DNA of 64,000 nucleotides. Origin: Tubiluchus corallicola (taxonomy: Eukaryota > Animalia > Priapulida). Below, one piece after another: positions 52,785 through 64,000 of the stretch; the first letter of the stretch is position 1; each line of letters begins with the position of its first letter. Below the pieces are notes generated by a model, which saw nothing but the letters and a program-made list of their open reading frames with translations, did no database searches and was not told the origin of the DNA. Location: NCBI GenBank assembly GCA_030141605.1, contig JAQGDQ010000730.1:1-64000 (forward strand), given 5' to 3'. The position numbers were made by a program, and so were the translations under genes.

Positions 52785-53321
52785 CCCTTTCAGTCCAACA
52801 TTATACTTTACTAAACAAAAAGCTAAGTACTGGACTTACAAAGAGGTTTTTGCACATCACTGCATTATGGAGTGTAACAACAAAACAGTTTTTGCATTGC
52901 ATTTCTGTGTCTATTATTATAAAAGTGAATTACAACCGTTTGTTCCCAATGCATCCTGTTGGATACACAATACTCTTTGTCATGTGCAAAAAACAAAGTC
53001 CGACTTTTTAAAAAAACAGAACAAAATCAAAAATGTGCTTCATTTTACAACTGCTGATAATTTTTTAAAGTATTTAAGACATTTAGTATGCATGCTATGC
53101 TGATCTGTACAAAGTCGTCTCTAAAGTACTGTACCTTGCACAGTTTTCTATCCTATGTAGATTTTCTAGTTTGCCATTTTATCACCATTTTTAGTCTATT
53201 GTTATTGGCTTAACTCAAAATAACTATTAACAGAACAAATAACAGTCAGTTTTAAAATTTTATTAATTTTAAAGGCAGAAAATATTCTCGTATCCCACGG
53301 GATACAACGGGTATGAAAGGG
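52785..53321. mobile_element. piggyBac-like MITE
   Basis: TTAA-CCCTTTCAG ... ATGAAAGGG-TTAA; related copy at 59852-60296. Confidence 0.8.
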
Positions 53322-53475
53322 TTAAACGATTTTTCCACATTTAAAACAAAAGCAAGTTTGTGACAAAACATTCAATATAATGTTTTAAACACGTGGCCAT
53401 GGCGGGTTATGTAAGTATGGGAAACCTTCAAATATAAAATAACTTCTCTTATTACCGCTTTGGATAATGACTTAC

Positions 53476-53634
53476 TATAATATCCTTTAGGAACACTTAT
53501 AATTGTTGTCGTCATGCAGGACTGTCCATTGGCGCACTTTTTTTGTTCACCCAGTTCAATTTCAAAGGTTAAATCGTCCAGTTTGCAGTCATCGCATTGA
53601 TAACAACTCAAATCTTTTGCTTGAATCTCAGTTA
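53476..53634 (-). CDS. Ly6/uPAR protein exon 2
   Basis: ctttag| TEIQAKDLSCYQCDDC...KKCANGQSCMTT...KGYY |gtaagt; phase 1-1; with exon 3 gives 10 Cys. Confidence 0.85.
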
Positions 53635-53666
53635 CTAAAGGAATAAATAAGCTAATTCAGTCTGAG

Positions 53667-55140
53667 TTATGTATATATTATCATTATTCATTATTTCAAT
53701 TATTAATCATTTTTTTAAGATTTCCACGTACAGTTTGGCCTGTCAAGCTATGCTGTTAGGCTCAAACTGTATGCATCAAAATTATTCTGTAATGTAATTT
53801 GCACATGTATATGCGGCATTTTGTAATTTCTCGATAATACTGCATTTATTTGTATTTAAATTTATATTTACTTAAATGGATAATTATCTGTATTTTAATG
53901 ATAATTGTAAGATGCAATGCGGAAATGAATAAACTCTTGAAACTCTTGAGTGGCATTCATTGCCTTTCTACAGATAACTCTTTTGTTTCAATCTAGAATA
54001 CGAAATAAATATAATAAATAATATACTAAGTTTATTAAATATCAAATGATAAATAAGAGTAAAAGAGGAGTTGTTAAATTGTGTTAAAAGGGCTAAATTA
54101 TGCTAAACCATAATTCTGATGAAATGCTGGCATGAAGCCCAGTTAAGGTGTGATATCACGTGATCAAGTGATTCGGAATCGAACTTAGCGTGGGCAGTCG
54201 ATGCGCCGAAGCTTACGGCGCATGGTAGTTTAGTAAAACCTTTGTGATGCCCGCATCTCGTCAGATCAGATCAGAGACCAGAGCAGAGCAGATCCGATCA
54301 TTGGGCTGGGCATTACTATCTGTTATGATATTTACTGTGCTTAATGTTTAATAAACGTGTTGTTTGTTAACTTGAGTCTTAATAATCTCGCTAGCCCAGA
54401 AACACTAATATTCACCTAGCAACGCACACAAACACAAACAACGCAACCAATTATTTTACTATAAGATAACTTAGTCAGACTGGAGGTCCTTGCATTTTTT
54501 ATAACAAGTTAAATGTTTTGTTTCAATCTCAGTTTCATTGATAAACTGACAAATCTTTTCCTTGTGCCTCAGGAGAAAATAAACTGGTTTATCTTTGCAT
54601 TCACAGTAATCAGTCGTTTGCTTGGTACAGAAAAGCAAAACACTTTCTTCTCATCTGTACTTGTCTAGCTGAGTTCCAATGCGTCGTGGGTGTAACTTTA
54701 GATACCCTTTAATTAGCCCCCCCCCCCTACAGGCGGTTATGCTTTGCGTTCAGTTTTGAGTTCAAGACATTTGGGGATCGGCTGCAGGCAAATTTTAATC
54801 TTTTCAATAGATATTATTGCTAACAATATCATTTTCTTGTTGAGCAATTATCATTACCCTATTCTATACAGGTTATACAGGTTTATTTATTTCAACTCCG
54901 CATCTAACAGTTATAATAAAAATACAGATAATTTCACTGAAGTAAATATAAATATAAATGCAATATTATCCAGAAAGTTACAAAAGAGATTCTTATGCAG
55001 CATATACATGTGCAAATTACATTACAGAGTAATTTTGATGCATACAGTTTGAGCCTAAAAGCATAGCTTGACAGGCCAAACTGTACGTGGAAATCTTAAA
55101 GAAGTGATTAATAATTAATAATGATAATATATACATAAAA
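53667..55140. mobile_element. Two inverted LINE 3' ends (family B: ~53667-53950 +, ~54866-55140 -) in Ly6 intron 1
   Basis: Shared TACAGTTTGGCCTGTCAAGCTATGCT..TAGGCTCAAACTGTA stem-loop; AATAAA plus short tandem tails. Confidence 0.7.
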
Positions 55141-55519
55141 GTGGGAGGGGGGAGTAGTGAATGAAAGATGAAATGGAGTGAGAACTAAGAAAAACTGTGA
55201 TCATAATTATAAAGTGTTCAGTAACCTGTTGAGCGTAGTCACGTTTTATTAAGATTACTGTGGAAAAAGAATGCAGGTGATTACCATTATCAAACTGTGT
55301 TATTCTCAATACTTTTGAAATACTTCTTATAGGTAATGCACCCCAGTCGTATAATGAACTTGTGCTAATATGTAGATAGTCGTACACTTTTGCTTGAATT
55401 TTACAGTTGCAACATTTTCTGTTACTTCACAACAAGTCAAATCTTCTGCTATCGACACAAATTATTAACAAATTATTGTGCCTTATTACAATGACACAAA
55501 AACGTACAAACGTACTTAC

Positions 55520-55577
55520 GATTTACTAAGTTCAGCAGGAGAAGCAAACTAAGAAAAACCACGTCGTTTTTCTTCAT
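55520..55577 (-). CDS. Ly6/uPAR protein exon 1 (signal peptide)
   Basis: MKKNDVVFLSLLLLLNLVN |gtaagt; phase 1 matches exon 2. Confidence 0.8.
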
Positions 55578-55949
55578 ATTTACTTCAAAGTTGTACATTA
55601 ATTTTTGTTTCTTTAGAACTTCGTGTCTTGAGAAAACTGACAAGTGCCCATAGCAACCACATAACCAGCTGATTGCGTAATAATGAATGAACATTCCAGA
55701 AATCAGAGATAGTTGTAGTTAATTATTTCAAAGAACTTAGAGAATGCATTGTATGTTTTAACAGTTCTTTGCATTTTAAACGCCATGTTCGTATTAAGAC
55801 TAAGATCGCTGAAAGAACAAACCTCTAGTAGCAGTACTGGATGTTATAGGAACAAGTGTAAAAACCCATCTGGAGTGTCCAGGACTGCAAAACTAAAGGC
55901 GCAGCCTGACTCTGATTGTAAACTCTCAGGTGTGAACTGTTTTTTTTAA

Positions 55950-56200
55950 TATTGTTATTGTTATTATTTTTATTATTGTTGTTGTTTTGTTTTATTATTA
56001 TTATTATCAATATCATTACTATTATTATTATTATTATTATTAATATCATCATCATTATTATTATTATTACTATTATTATATTTATTATTATTGCTGTACT
56101 TATTATTATTATTTCTATTGTTATTAAAACTATTACTATTAATATTATTATTATTATCATCATCATTATTACTATTTTTATATTTATTATTATTGTTGTT
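55950..56200. repeat. (ATT)n low-complexity tract
   Basis: Direct reading. Confidence 0.9.
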
Positions 56201-57109
56201 GTCGTTAGTTTTGCTACTTATTAGTGCTTAATAACATATCGGCAACAGATCCAACATACCAATTTTCAATTTTTCATGTGATTTTTAATCGCCGCTGGAA
56301 TTCTGTTGTGTGAGTCACGGAAAAGCGACGTCACGTCAATAAGTTCATTAATCGTCTAGGCTCGAGGATTTCTGCATAAACGTTGCAGAAAGCAAATAGT
56401 ATGAGCGTGTAGAGACCTCGTTTTTGCTAATGTAAGTTGTGATTTTTAGATTTGACTCGTTGTAAATAAACAATTTGGTGACATATCTTTATGCATAAAT
56501 AGCTAACTGAAATTAGGAATGATACGTATGTGATATTATTGTTTAAAATGACAGTGGGCTTATACAAGCCTTTGCTTCTCTAGCCCACTGCAGTACAATT
56601 ATTCGGCGCTATTACACTTTCGCACCGCCTAGCTTTTCCTGGCCTATTGGTTGTTTTCACGCCTGCAGGCCAGAAAGCAGACCAACAGGCGTAATATAAT
56701 CCATATTCCCAGAATATTAGTGCTTTTTAGGCTTTATATGTCCAGATTAAAATCATGCATTACCTACCGCCGCCATTAAAAGCTGCACGTGAATAACTGT
56801 GTTTACACCACTAATGCGCACTCGCTCTCGCGCAGTGACGATGTGGCCCTTAACATGTATTTTTAGTTTCTTCGCATAATTTATGATTATTAGGGTTGCA
56901 GCCACGGGACCCAAGCTGGCATATACGAGGAAATTATTTTAGACGACTACAGTTATTTATCATTAATTTTATTTATTACTGTAGTATTATTACTATTAGA
57001 TTATAAAAAAGTTAAGGTTTTTTCTTTATTTCGTATATGCGGTGAAGATGAAAGTGTGTCACGTGCTTTTAAGCTAGGCCCTGATAATGCATAAACTAGT
57101 ACGAAATTC

Positions 57110-57142
57110 GTCACGTGACTACACACACAAACAAGATGGCGA
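57110..57142 (+). promoter_or_regulatory. Candidate promoter elements (E-box GTCACGTGAC and YY1-like AAGATGGCG), possibly for the ZNF gene
   Basis: Motifs adjacent; the ZNF coding exon has an acceptor at 61278, implying upstream non-coding exon(s). Confidence 0.3.
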
Positions 57143-57631
57143 TATGCCCTGTATACGTGTAGAACTGTGAATACAGCGTAATTATACCTAAATATGATTA
57201 AATTACAATTAGATTAGCGGAAACATTCACTGATGACATAAGAATAATAGAATAATGACGTACGAATTCACCATTACGTTTAGGACTTATTGTTGCTAGA
57301 CACTTTGTAAAATTTACAGTTCCAAACCTATGGAATAAAATGTTAGTTTATGTTACAACATATCGAACACTACATGGCTTATAATGCTTTTTTCGTGTTT
57401 TGCCGTGAACTGCGATAGTTGCAGTACATCCATACTATTTATATTTTAATGTTTTTGCATCTCGTTTCTGCCGTACTCCTTTTTTCGTTTCTGTCCTCTT
57501 CCCAACATTACTCAATTATTCTATCTTTCTTTTTCTTGTTAAACTTAGCCACTTTTTTCCACTTTTTATGGTGTTTTCACAAGCTTTGCTTCTCGGCCAC
57601 CATGCATCATCTATTTCTTGTTAACAAACTG

Positions 57632-58286
57632 CAGTCTAGCCTCGTTATCTAGCCCCTCGTTATGCCGCCAAACTCGTCTCTCGCCATAGAAAGTACCAGG
57701 ATGGATTTCCTGCTTTGATATTTACCTCGTTAAGTCGCCACCCTCGCTTCTCGCCCTCGCCACGTCATGCTAGGATGAGTGCTTATGTAAACTATATTCG
57801 TTATGTCACCAAACAGACAAACTCAGAGGTGAATCGATCAATACATATACCGCGTGTCGATCAATATAACCGCTGTATGTAGACAATGCTGCTGTACTCG
57901 ATAGACAGACATAATTAATCTAGTGTGTGTCTCACCAGGATAAGATTAGGAGTGCTGTGGTTGGTTAATGTGCAGAGAAACTAAAGCGTCACCGATATCC
58001 TTACTCTATAACACCTAAGTTTATTGCATTTAAGTGTATACTCGAAAAAGGTTTTTTAAATAAAAAAGTAACATTCTAAGATTATTTTTATGACATTTTT
58101 TCATTTCTGATTTAATGTTGATTGGTATCATAATGTGAAATATATTTTATATGTACATAGAGGAACACTATGTTAATCAACTATTATGTATATACATATA
58201 GATTAACTTCGTTATATTCCCGTTATCTCGCCTCTCGCCGAAAATTTGCCGTAGACGGACAGTGGCGAGACAATGAGGCTAGACTG
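57632..58286. mobile_element. Tc1/pogo-like MITE
   Basis: CAGTCTAGCCTCGTT ... AATGAGGCTAGACTG-TA. Confidence 0.75.
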
Positions 58287-58432
58287 TATTATGTAGCTAG
58301 TGTTAAATATTTGTAATCATATTTGGAATTTTTTCCCTAACTATACCACGCTATAGTATACTAATGTAGTTAGCGCATAATAGTTATAATGATAATAATG
58401 CAAATCGCAATGTAAAAATACATGCTGAAGTA

Positions 58433-59056
58433 CCATATATACTTGTGTACAAGTCGATGAGCATTTTAGGACCAAAAATTGCATCATTTTAGATATTATC
58501 TGTGTACAAGTCGACCATAAAATATTAAGATCTTCCAGGATAAATGATGTAATTCATCACCTTCCCATTTGAAGAAAAAATAATTTACTTAAATTAATAC
58601 CTCTGCGTAGTTGTGTTTTATATATGTGTGTATGCTTGTAATCGATATTTTGCCATTAAAACACGCATATACAGCATAAAACTTCCCACAGCAGCCGACA
58701 GGCGGCAGCACCTACACAACATTGGCGGTTTCCATGTTCTGATCGAGTGCTCCGTCGCTAGTTTATTTACCGGTAATATATAAATTTTTACTTAATTTCA
58801 CATACATTAAAATAAATTACATTAATATTTGTTAATTTTGTGAAGTAATGTCAAGATGCGAACATTCTCTGATGTGAAATATCACAGTGTGAGTGTTCAT
58901 TCAGTCCAGCGTATAATGAAGGATTATTTCTTATTCGTATTGTAGACGATTCTTTAGCGACATCTCCCAAAAACATATCTTAAGTATAAGTCGATCCCTA
59001 AAATTTCACCTTAAAATCGCTTCCCAAAAATTCGACTTGTAAATAAGTATATACGG
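58433..59056. mobile_element. pogo/Tigger-like MITE
   Basis: TA-CCATATATACTTGTGTACAAGTCGA ... TCGACTTGTAAATAAGTATATACGG-TA. Confidence 0.75.
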
Positions 59057-59851
59057 TAATAAAGATAATTGTGGAAGTTGGAATTGTACATTTTTAATTA
59101 GGTGCTGCCATCTATGAACTAATCCTGTTACATTCCACCAGCTAACTTACCCCCCAGTATAATTGTATGGTCCAGTGAATGCATATTCATTGGTTCTCTC
59201 CCTATTTTAAAGTAATGGTTGTTGTGAAACCTTTGCAAGTCTGCATAGGTCACCTATACCTATGTATACTGACTGGTTTTGCTTTCTAGTCACTCTCACT
59301 CTCAGTGTTCAGTGCAGCAGTTGTGCTACTCATGTGTCTGTAGTTTAATAAACACTTTTCTGTTTATGCAGTGCAACTATGTATTATAAATTTTTATTCT
59401 TGTTCATACTTCTGTGCCTAAACTCAATCATTACAAAGGGAGTGATCTACAACTTTAAACATGACTTTTACAATAATAATGCAAATTGCAATGCTAAATT
59501 ACATGCTGAAGTGATAATAAATTACAAATTACTTTGAAAATAGATTTTATTAAAAGAGTTTACTGAGTTTTACAGCAGCAGATTTGTCGGTTTAAGATGG
59601 TAATGTTAGAACTAACACAGATTATCAGTAAATACAGTACTAAAGTTTAAGACACAAGTAGGAAATAACTATTATTTTGGAGGGGAGTGGTGGCACAATT
59701 AAAGCCAAAGTGCTCTCCTAGTTTTGTGGTCATTAAGCAGAATGCTTAATAGCATTTTTAATTAATTATAAAAAATATTTTTCTTTCTAGTAAAATGCAT
59801 CTTCAAAGCCAACCAAGATGGTTAATTAATAAATTTAAAATTTTGCTTTAA

Positions 59852-60363
59852 CCCTTTCAGTCCCAAATTATTTTTTTAATAAAAAAATTTTTTTGGCTTG
59901 GTACCGTTGTTCACTATGTCCATCTTGTTTACACTTAATAATTATTTTTTTGTACGCGTGCTAAATATAGCCTGTATCCCACAGGATACATTGTGATTCA
60001 ATGGAAGCATAAAATGTGCTTCATTTTGCAACTGCTGATAATTTTTTAAAGTATTTAAGACATTTAGTATGCATGCTATGCTGATCTGTACAAAGTCATC
60101 TCTAAAGTACTGTACCTTGCGCAGTTTTTTATGCTATGTAGATTTTCTAGTTTGCCATTTTATCACCATTTTTAGTCTATTGTTATTGACTTAAATAACT
60201 ATTAACAGATCAAATAACTGTTAGTTTTAAAATTTTATTAATTTTAAAGGCAGAAAATATTCTCGTATCACACCGGATACAACGGGTATGAAAGGGTTAA
60301 AGGAAAACTGTAAAAGGCAGAAAATATTCTCGTATCCCACGGGATACAACGGGTATGAAAGGG
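59852..60363. mobile_element. piggyBac-like MITE with duplicated right terminus
   Basis: TTAA-CCCTTTCAG...GAAAGGG-TTAA at 60296, and a second copy of the last ~50 bp ending at 60363. Confidence 0.75.
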
Positions 60364-61323
60364 TTAAGAATAGGTAATCTTGAACATACTTCCGACCACT
60401 AAAGGTATGTTGTACTAATATGTATACTCTAAAGGTTTGTATGTTTGATTTTAATCAGTGTAATACTGATTATTTGTTTGTATTTCCCCACAGCAAGTTG
60501 TTTCAATGTCTGAAATTTCTGAAGATGATTTTCTAGACTAGAAATAATAGTTTTAGCTCAAAAGTCGGATGTTGTTGCATTTTCACTGCTCTCTCTCTTC
60601 ACTTACTTCATTGTTTGAAGTTTTTGTTTCGTTGTCTTTCTTTCTATCTGCTACACGTCCGTTTTGAGTTAAAAAAATAATCTCTTATGGAGGCCAGGAA
60701 CTAGATGTGGCAAGCAGGGGGGGGCGCAAAAATTTTCTGGGGAGGGGGGCGATGTATCCGAAGTGGTTAAGTAATGGTTAAACCAATTTTAACCCCTTTT
60801 ATACTGCCTGCAGGCCTACAGTTCCAGTTTATGAGCTTTAAGCTCATGTTTTACAAATATGTACTGTTTTATATCATACCGATGAAAATAAATCTTATCT
60901 TATCTTACAATTAGCATGTGTGTAGGATGGCGTAGCGGACAGAGCAATAATGAGAAAATTAACTCTCAGTTAACCTAACGTTACTAATGTGCCTCTCACT
61001 AAATTGTTATTTACAGGAATTTATCACGCACAAGTTTTAAGAAAATAATACGCTGAAGCTACCAAACATTTTTTTACCTAATTCTAATTCATATTGAAAA
61101 TGATTACATGCGAACTGCAATTTTCACTGCAAAAAAAATTATTTGTCCGATTTTGCAGGGGGAGCGCAAATTTTGACAAGGGGGGCGCGTACCCCCCTCG
61201 TTCCGCCCCGATGAAGGCAGGAAATTTACCGGTAGAAATGACCTTGTAAGTATTTCACTGTTATTTTATTTGTTACAGATTTAAGTACAACACTTCTGAC
61301 AATCTCACTGACAAGCAGAAAGA

Positions 61324-62949
61324 ATGGCCATAGCTGTACAAACAGTTTCACACTCTGTGAAGATTGAACCGAACAGTCCACTGAATGAGATTGATGGTTA
61401 TGCCCATGGTGGTGCAACATGTTGTAGCATGCAAACTGATGAAGTGCCAGTGAAAGTTGAAGCGAACAGTCCGCCGAATGTGATTGATGATTATGCCCAT
61501 GGCGGTGCAACATGTTGTAGCACGCAAACTGATGAAGCACCAGTGAAAGTTGAACCGAACAGTCCGCCAAATGTGATTGACGATTATGCCCATGGCAGTG
61601 CAACATGTTGTAGCACGCAAACTGATGAAGTGCCAGTGAAAGTTGAACCGAACTGTCCGCTGAATGTGACTGATGATTATGCTCATGGCGGTGCAACATG
61701 TTGTAGCATGCAAACTGATGAAGTGCCAGTGAAAGTTGAACCGAACAGTCCGCCAAATGTGATTGACGATTATGCCCATGGCGGTGCAACATGTTGTAGC
61801 ATGCAAACTGATAAAGTGCCAGTGAAAGTTGAACCGAGCAGTCCGCCGAATGAGATTGATGGTTATGCCCATGGCGGTGCAACATGTTGTAGCATGCAAA
61901 CTGATGAAGTGCCAGTGAAAGTTGAACCGAACAGTCTGCCAAATGTGACTGATGGTTATGCCCATGGCGGTGCAACATGTTGTAGCATGCAAACTGATGA
62001 AGTGCCAGTGAAAGTTGAACCGAACAGTCCGCCGAATGTGACTGATGATTATGCTCATGGCGGTGCAACATGTTGTAGCATGCAAACTGATGAAGTGCCA
62101 GTGAAAGTTGAACCGAACAGTCCGCCAAATGTGACTGATGGTTATGCCCATGGCGGTGCAACATGTTGTAGCATGCAAACTGATGAAGTGCCAGTGAAAG
62201 TTGAACCGAACAGTCTGCCAAATGTGATTGATGGTTATGCCCATAGCGGTGCAACATGTTGTAGCACGCAAACTGATGAAGTGCCAGTGAAAGTTGAACC
62301 GAACAGTCCGCCAAATGTGATTGACGATTATGCTCATGGCAGTGCAACATGTTGTAGCACGCAAACTGATGAAGCGCCAGTGAAAGTTGAATGCGATGTC
62401 ACAGTGACTTGCACACAGACAAAAAGCAATAACGTAACAATAGATGGTGATAGTAAGATTGAACAATTAGCTGTAAAATCCAACCATCGTGATCCTAATT
62501 ATAATGACTGTCAAATATCTCACTCGACTACGCAATGTGTGCGCATGAAACGTCACAACATTTTGTTTGATGAAACAAAAGATCCAGATGCAGAAATTCA
62601 GTTTAGCAGAGCTGCTCATAACCCGGAAGATTCCCTGAAAGATATGGAAACTGACAGTTTAGCAGTAAAGGCAAATAAAAAGCATCATTATAATTCAACT
62701 ATTGACTGTAGTCGCTCTGAGGTTCACTCCAATTCAGAGAAAAGCCGAGTCATTAATTACATAGCTAAAGACTTCAAGTGTAATTGGTGTGACGCTACTT
62801 TTGCTTATTCGTGCCGTATGAAACGCCATACAAGAATTCATACAGGAGAAAAACCTTTTAAGTGTGATTTGTGCAATGCCGCTTTTGCTCGCCGCTTCAC
62901 CTCATTTGAAATGTCACATGAGAATTCATACAGGAGAAAAACCTTTTAA
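61324..62949 (+). CDS. C2H2 zinc-finger protein with 11 x 31-aa N-terminal repeats; reading frame truncated after ~1.5 fingers
   Basis: ATG in AGAATGG context after the acceptor at 61278; 93-bp repeats at 61357-62379; FKCNWC...HTRIHTGEKPF; 4-nt insertion at ~62890 shifts the frame. Confidence 0.75.
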   Translation: MAIAVQTVSHSVKIEPNSPLNEIDGYAHGGATCCSMQTDEVPVKVEANSPPNVIDDYAHGGATCCSTQTDEAPVKVEPNSPPNVIDDYAHGSATCCSTQTDEVPVKVEPNCPLNVTDDYAHGGATCCSMQTDEVPVKVEPNSPPNVIDDYAHGGATCCSMQTDKVPVKVEPSSPPNEIDGYAHGGATCCSMQTDEVPVKVEPNSLPNVTDGYAHGGATCCSMQTDEVPVKVEPNSPPNVTDDYAHGGATCCSMQTDEVPVKVEPNSPPNVTDGYAHGGATCCSMQTDEVPVKVEPNSLPNVIDGYAHSGATCCSTQTDEVPVKVEPNSPPNVIDDYAHGSATCCSTQTDEAPVKVECDVTVTCTQTKSNNVTIDGDSKIEQLAVKSNHRDPNYNDCQISHSTTQCVRMKRHNILFDETKDPDAEIQFSRAAHNPEDSLKDMETDSLAVKANKKHHYNSTIDCSRSEVHSNSEKSRVINYIAKDFKCNWCDATFAYSCRMKRHTRIHTGEKPFKCDLCNAAFARRFTSFEMSHENSYRRKTF

Positions 62950-63525
62950 GTGTGATCAGTGCAATGCTCGTTTTTTACGTTCTGGTGATTTGAAGCGTCA
63001 TTTAAGAATACATACAGGAGAAAAACAATTTAAATGTAGTCTGTGTAATGCAGCTTTTAGCCGATCATATCAGTTGAAATACCATCTAATGAGTCATACA
63101 GGAGAAAAACCTTTTAAGTGTGATTTGTGCAATGCTGCTTTTGCTCATTCACCTCATTTGAAACGTCACATGAGAATTCATACAGGAGAAAAGCCGTTTA
63201 AATGTACTCATTGTTGTGCAGCTTTTAATGATCTGCGTGGCCTAAAGGATCATTTAACAGCTCATTCAGGTGAAAAACCTAGTGTGATCAGTGCAATGCT
63301 CGTTTTTTACGTACAGGTGATTTGAAGCGTCATTTAAGAATACATACATGAGAAAAACCATTTAAATGTAGTCTGTGTAATGCAGCTTTTAGCCGATCAT
63401 ATCAATTGAAATACCATCTAATGAGTCATACGGATGAGAAACCTTTTAAGTGTGATAAGTGTCGTGCTTGTTTTATACGTTCAAATGATTTAAAGTGCCA
63501 TGCCGTAAGAACTCATACAACTTAG
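62770..63525 (+). pseudogene. Nine-finger C2H2 array with three lesions
   Basis: TGEKPF-linked fingers; +4 nt at ~62890, -4 nt at ~63280 (AAACCT^AGTGT), GGA>TGA at 63349-63351; original stop TAG at 63523-63525. Confidence 0.75.
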
Positions 63526-63688
63526 AAAGTTTCTTGGATACTGCAGTTTATTTTACCAGTTATTAACAGTGATAATTAATTAACGATGAGTTAAAAGCAT
63601 TCCGTGGGTTTCATAGCAAATTATTAACTCTTTTATTTACTATTGGGCAGTTCATAAACATAAAAACTTAGTTAACCAAGCTGTACAC

Positions 63689-64000
63689 CAGGGGTGTGCA
63701 AATTGCGGCCCGCCGAGAGAATTTGTGCGGCCCGCGAAGAGATTTGTCAACCTAATGAAAGTGCGGCCCGGGCAATTAATTGAGTGTATCCAGCTGAAGT
63801 CCGTGCCACGATCCCAAAGATAGTGCGGGTAGTTTTTTCTACTAGATCGGATGCCATTAACCCTTACGAGACGGTTGTAGCTTAATGTCACTGTACTACA
63901 CAGACTGTGTGATACACATTACTAAAGTGCATTGTAATGAAATTACCACTATCTGTCCTGAAAGTAGAAATATATGGTTTGTAATATCAATTTTAATAAC
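63689..64000 (-). mobile_element. hAT-like MITE (copy of 42913-43394), runs off the window
   Basis: CAGGGGTGTGCAAATTGCGGCCCG...; reverse complement of ~43085-43394. Confidence 0.8.

Noticed and set aside
54072-54405. Solo LTR
   Set aside because: TG...CA ends and AATAAA are present but no TSD could be identified; not supportable without a search
55786-55929. First exon of a + strand gene (MFVLRLRS...CKLS|gtgtg)
   Set aside because: No recognisable domain, weak donor, and its phase does not join the ZNF reading frame
61226-62466. Two antisense ORFs of ~370 aa
   Set aside because: Shadow of the 93-bp coding repeat; open only because the unit has no stop in those frames

Overview
AT-rich, intron- and repeat-rich invertebrate animal genomic DNA; it is not prokaryotic, and no CRISPR array or operon is present. 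Genes reconstructed from GT-AG phases: (1) the 3' part (CNH domain) of a misshapen/MIG-15/MAP4K4-family kinase, + strand, 9 exons at 4521-16994; (2) a complete two-exon Rab39, - strand, 24867-26605; (3) a degenerate DEG/ENaC-like N-terminus head-to-head with Rab39; (4) four phase-1 LDLa-domain exons, + strand, 41.9-45.4 kb; (5) an orphan LRRCT + Thr-rich stalk exon, - strand, ~46.1-46.6 kb; (6) a complete three-exon Ly6/uPAR three-finger gene, - strand, 50309-55577; (7) a C2H2 zinc-finger gene with 11 tandem 31-aa repeats, each joining a SUMO-type motif (VKVEPNSP) to an LC8-type motif (CS[T/M]QTD), followed by a lesioned finger array. The rest is satellites (20, 29, 31, 56, 83 and ~124 bp units), microsatellites, MITEs (Tc1/pogo, hAT, piggyBac, Kolobok-like, foldback), LINE 3' ends, LTR-element remnants and a 5S-rRNA-headed SINE. 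The strongest leads are the SUMO/LC8 repeat ZNF protein, a chain of stop-start uORFs made by tandem duplication of the Rab39 start region, and the 5S/RTE-type SINE. All family assignments come from motif recognition, not database searches.
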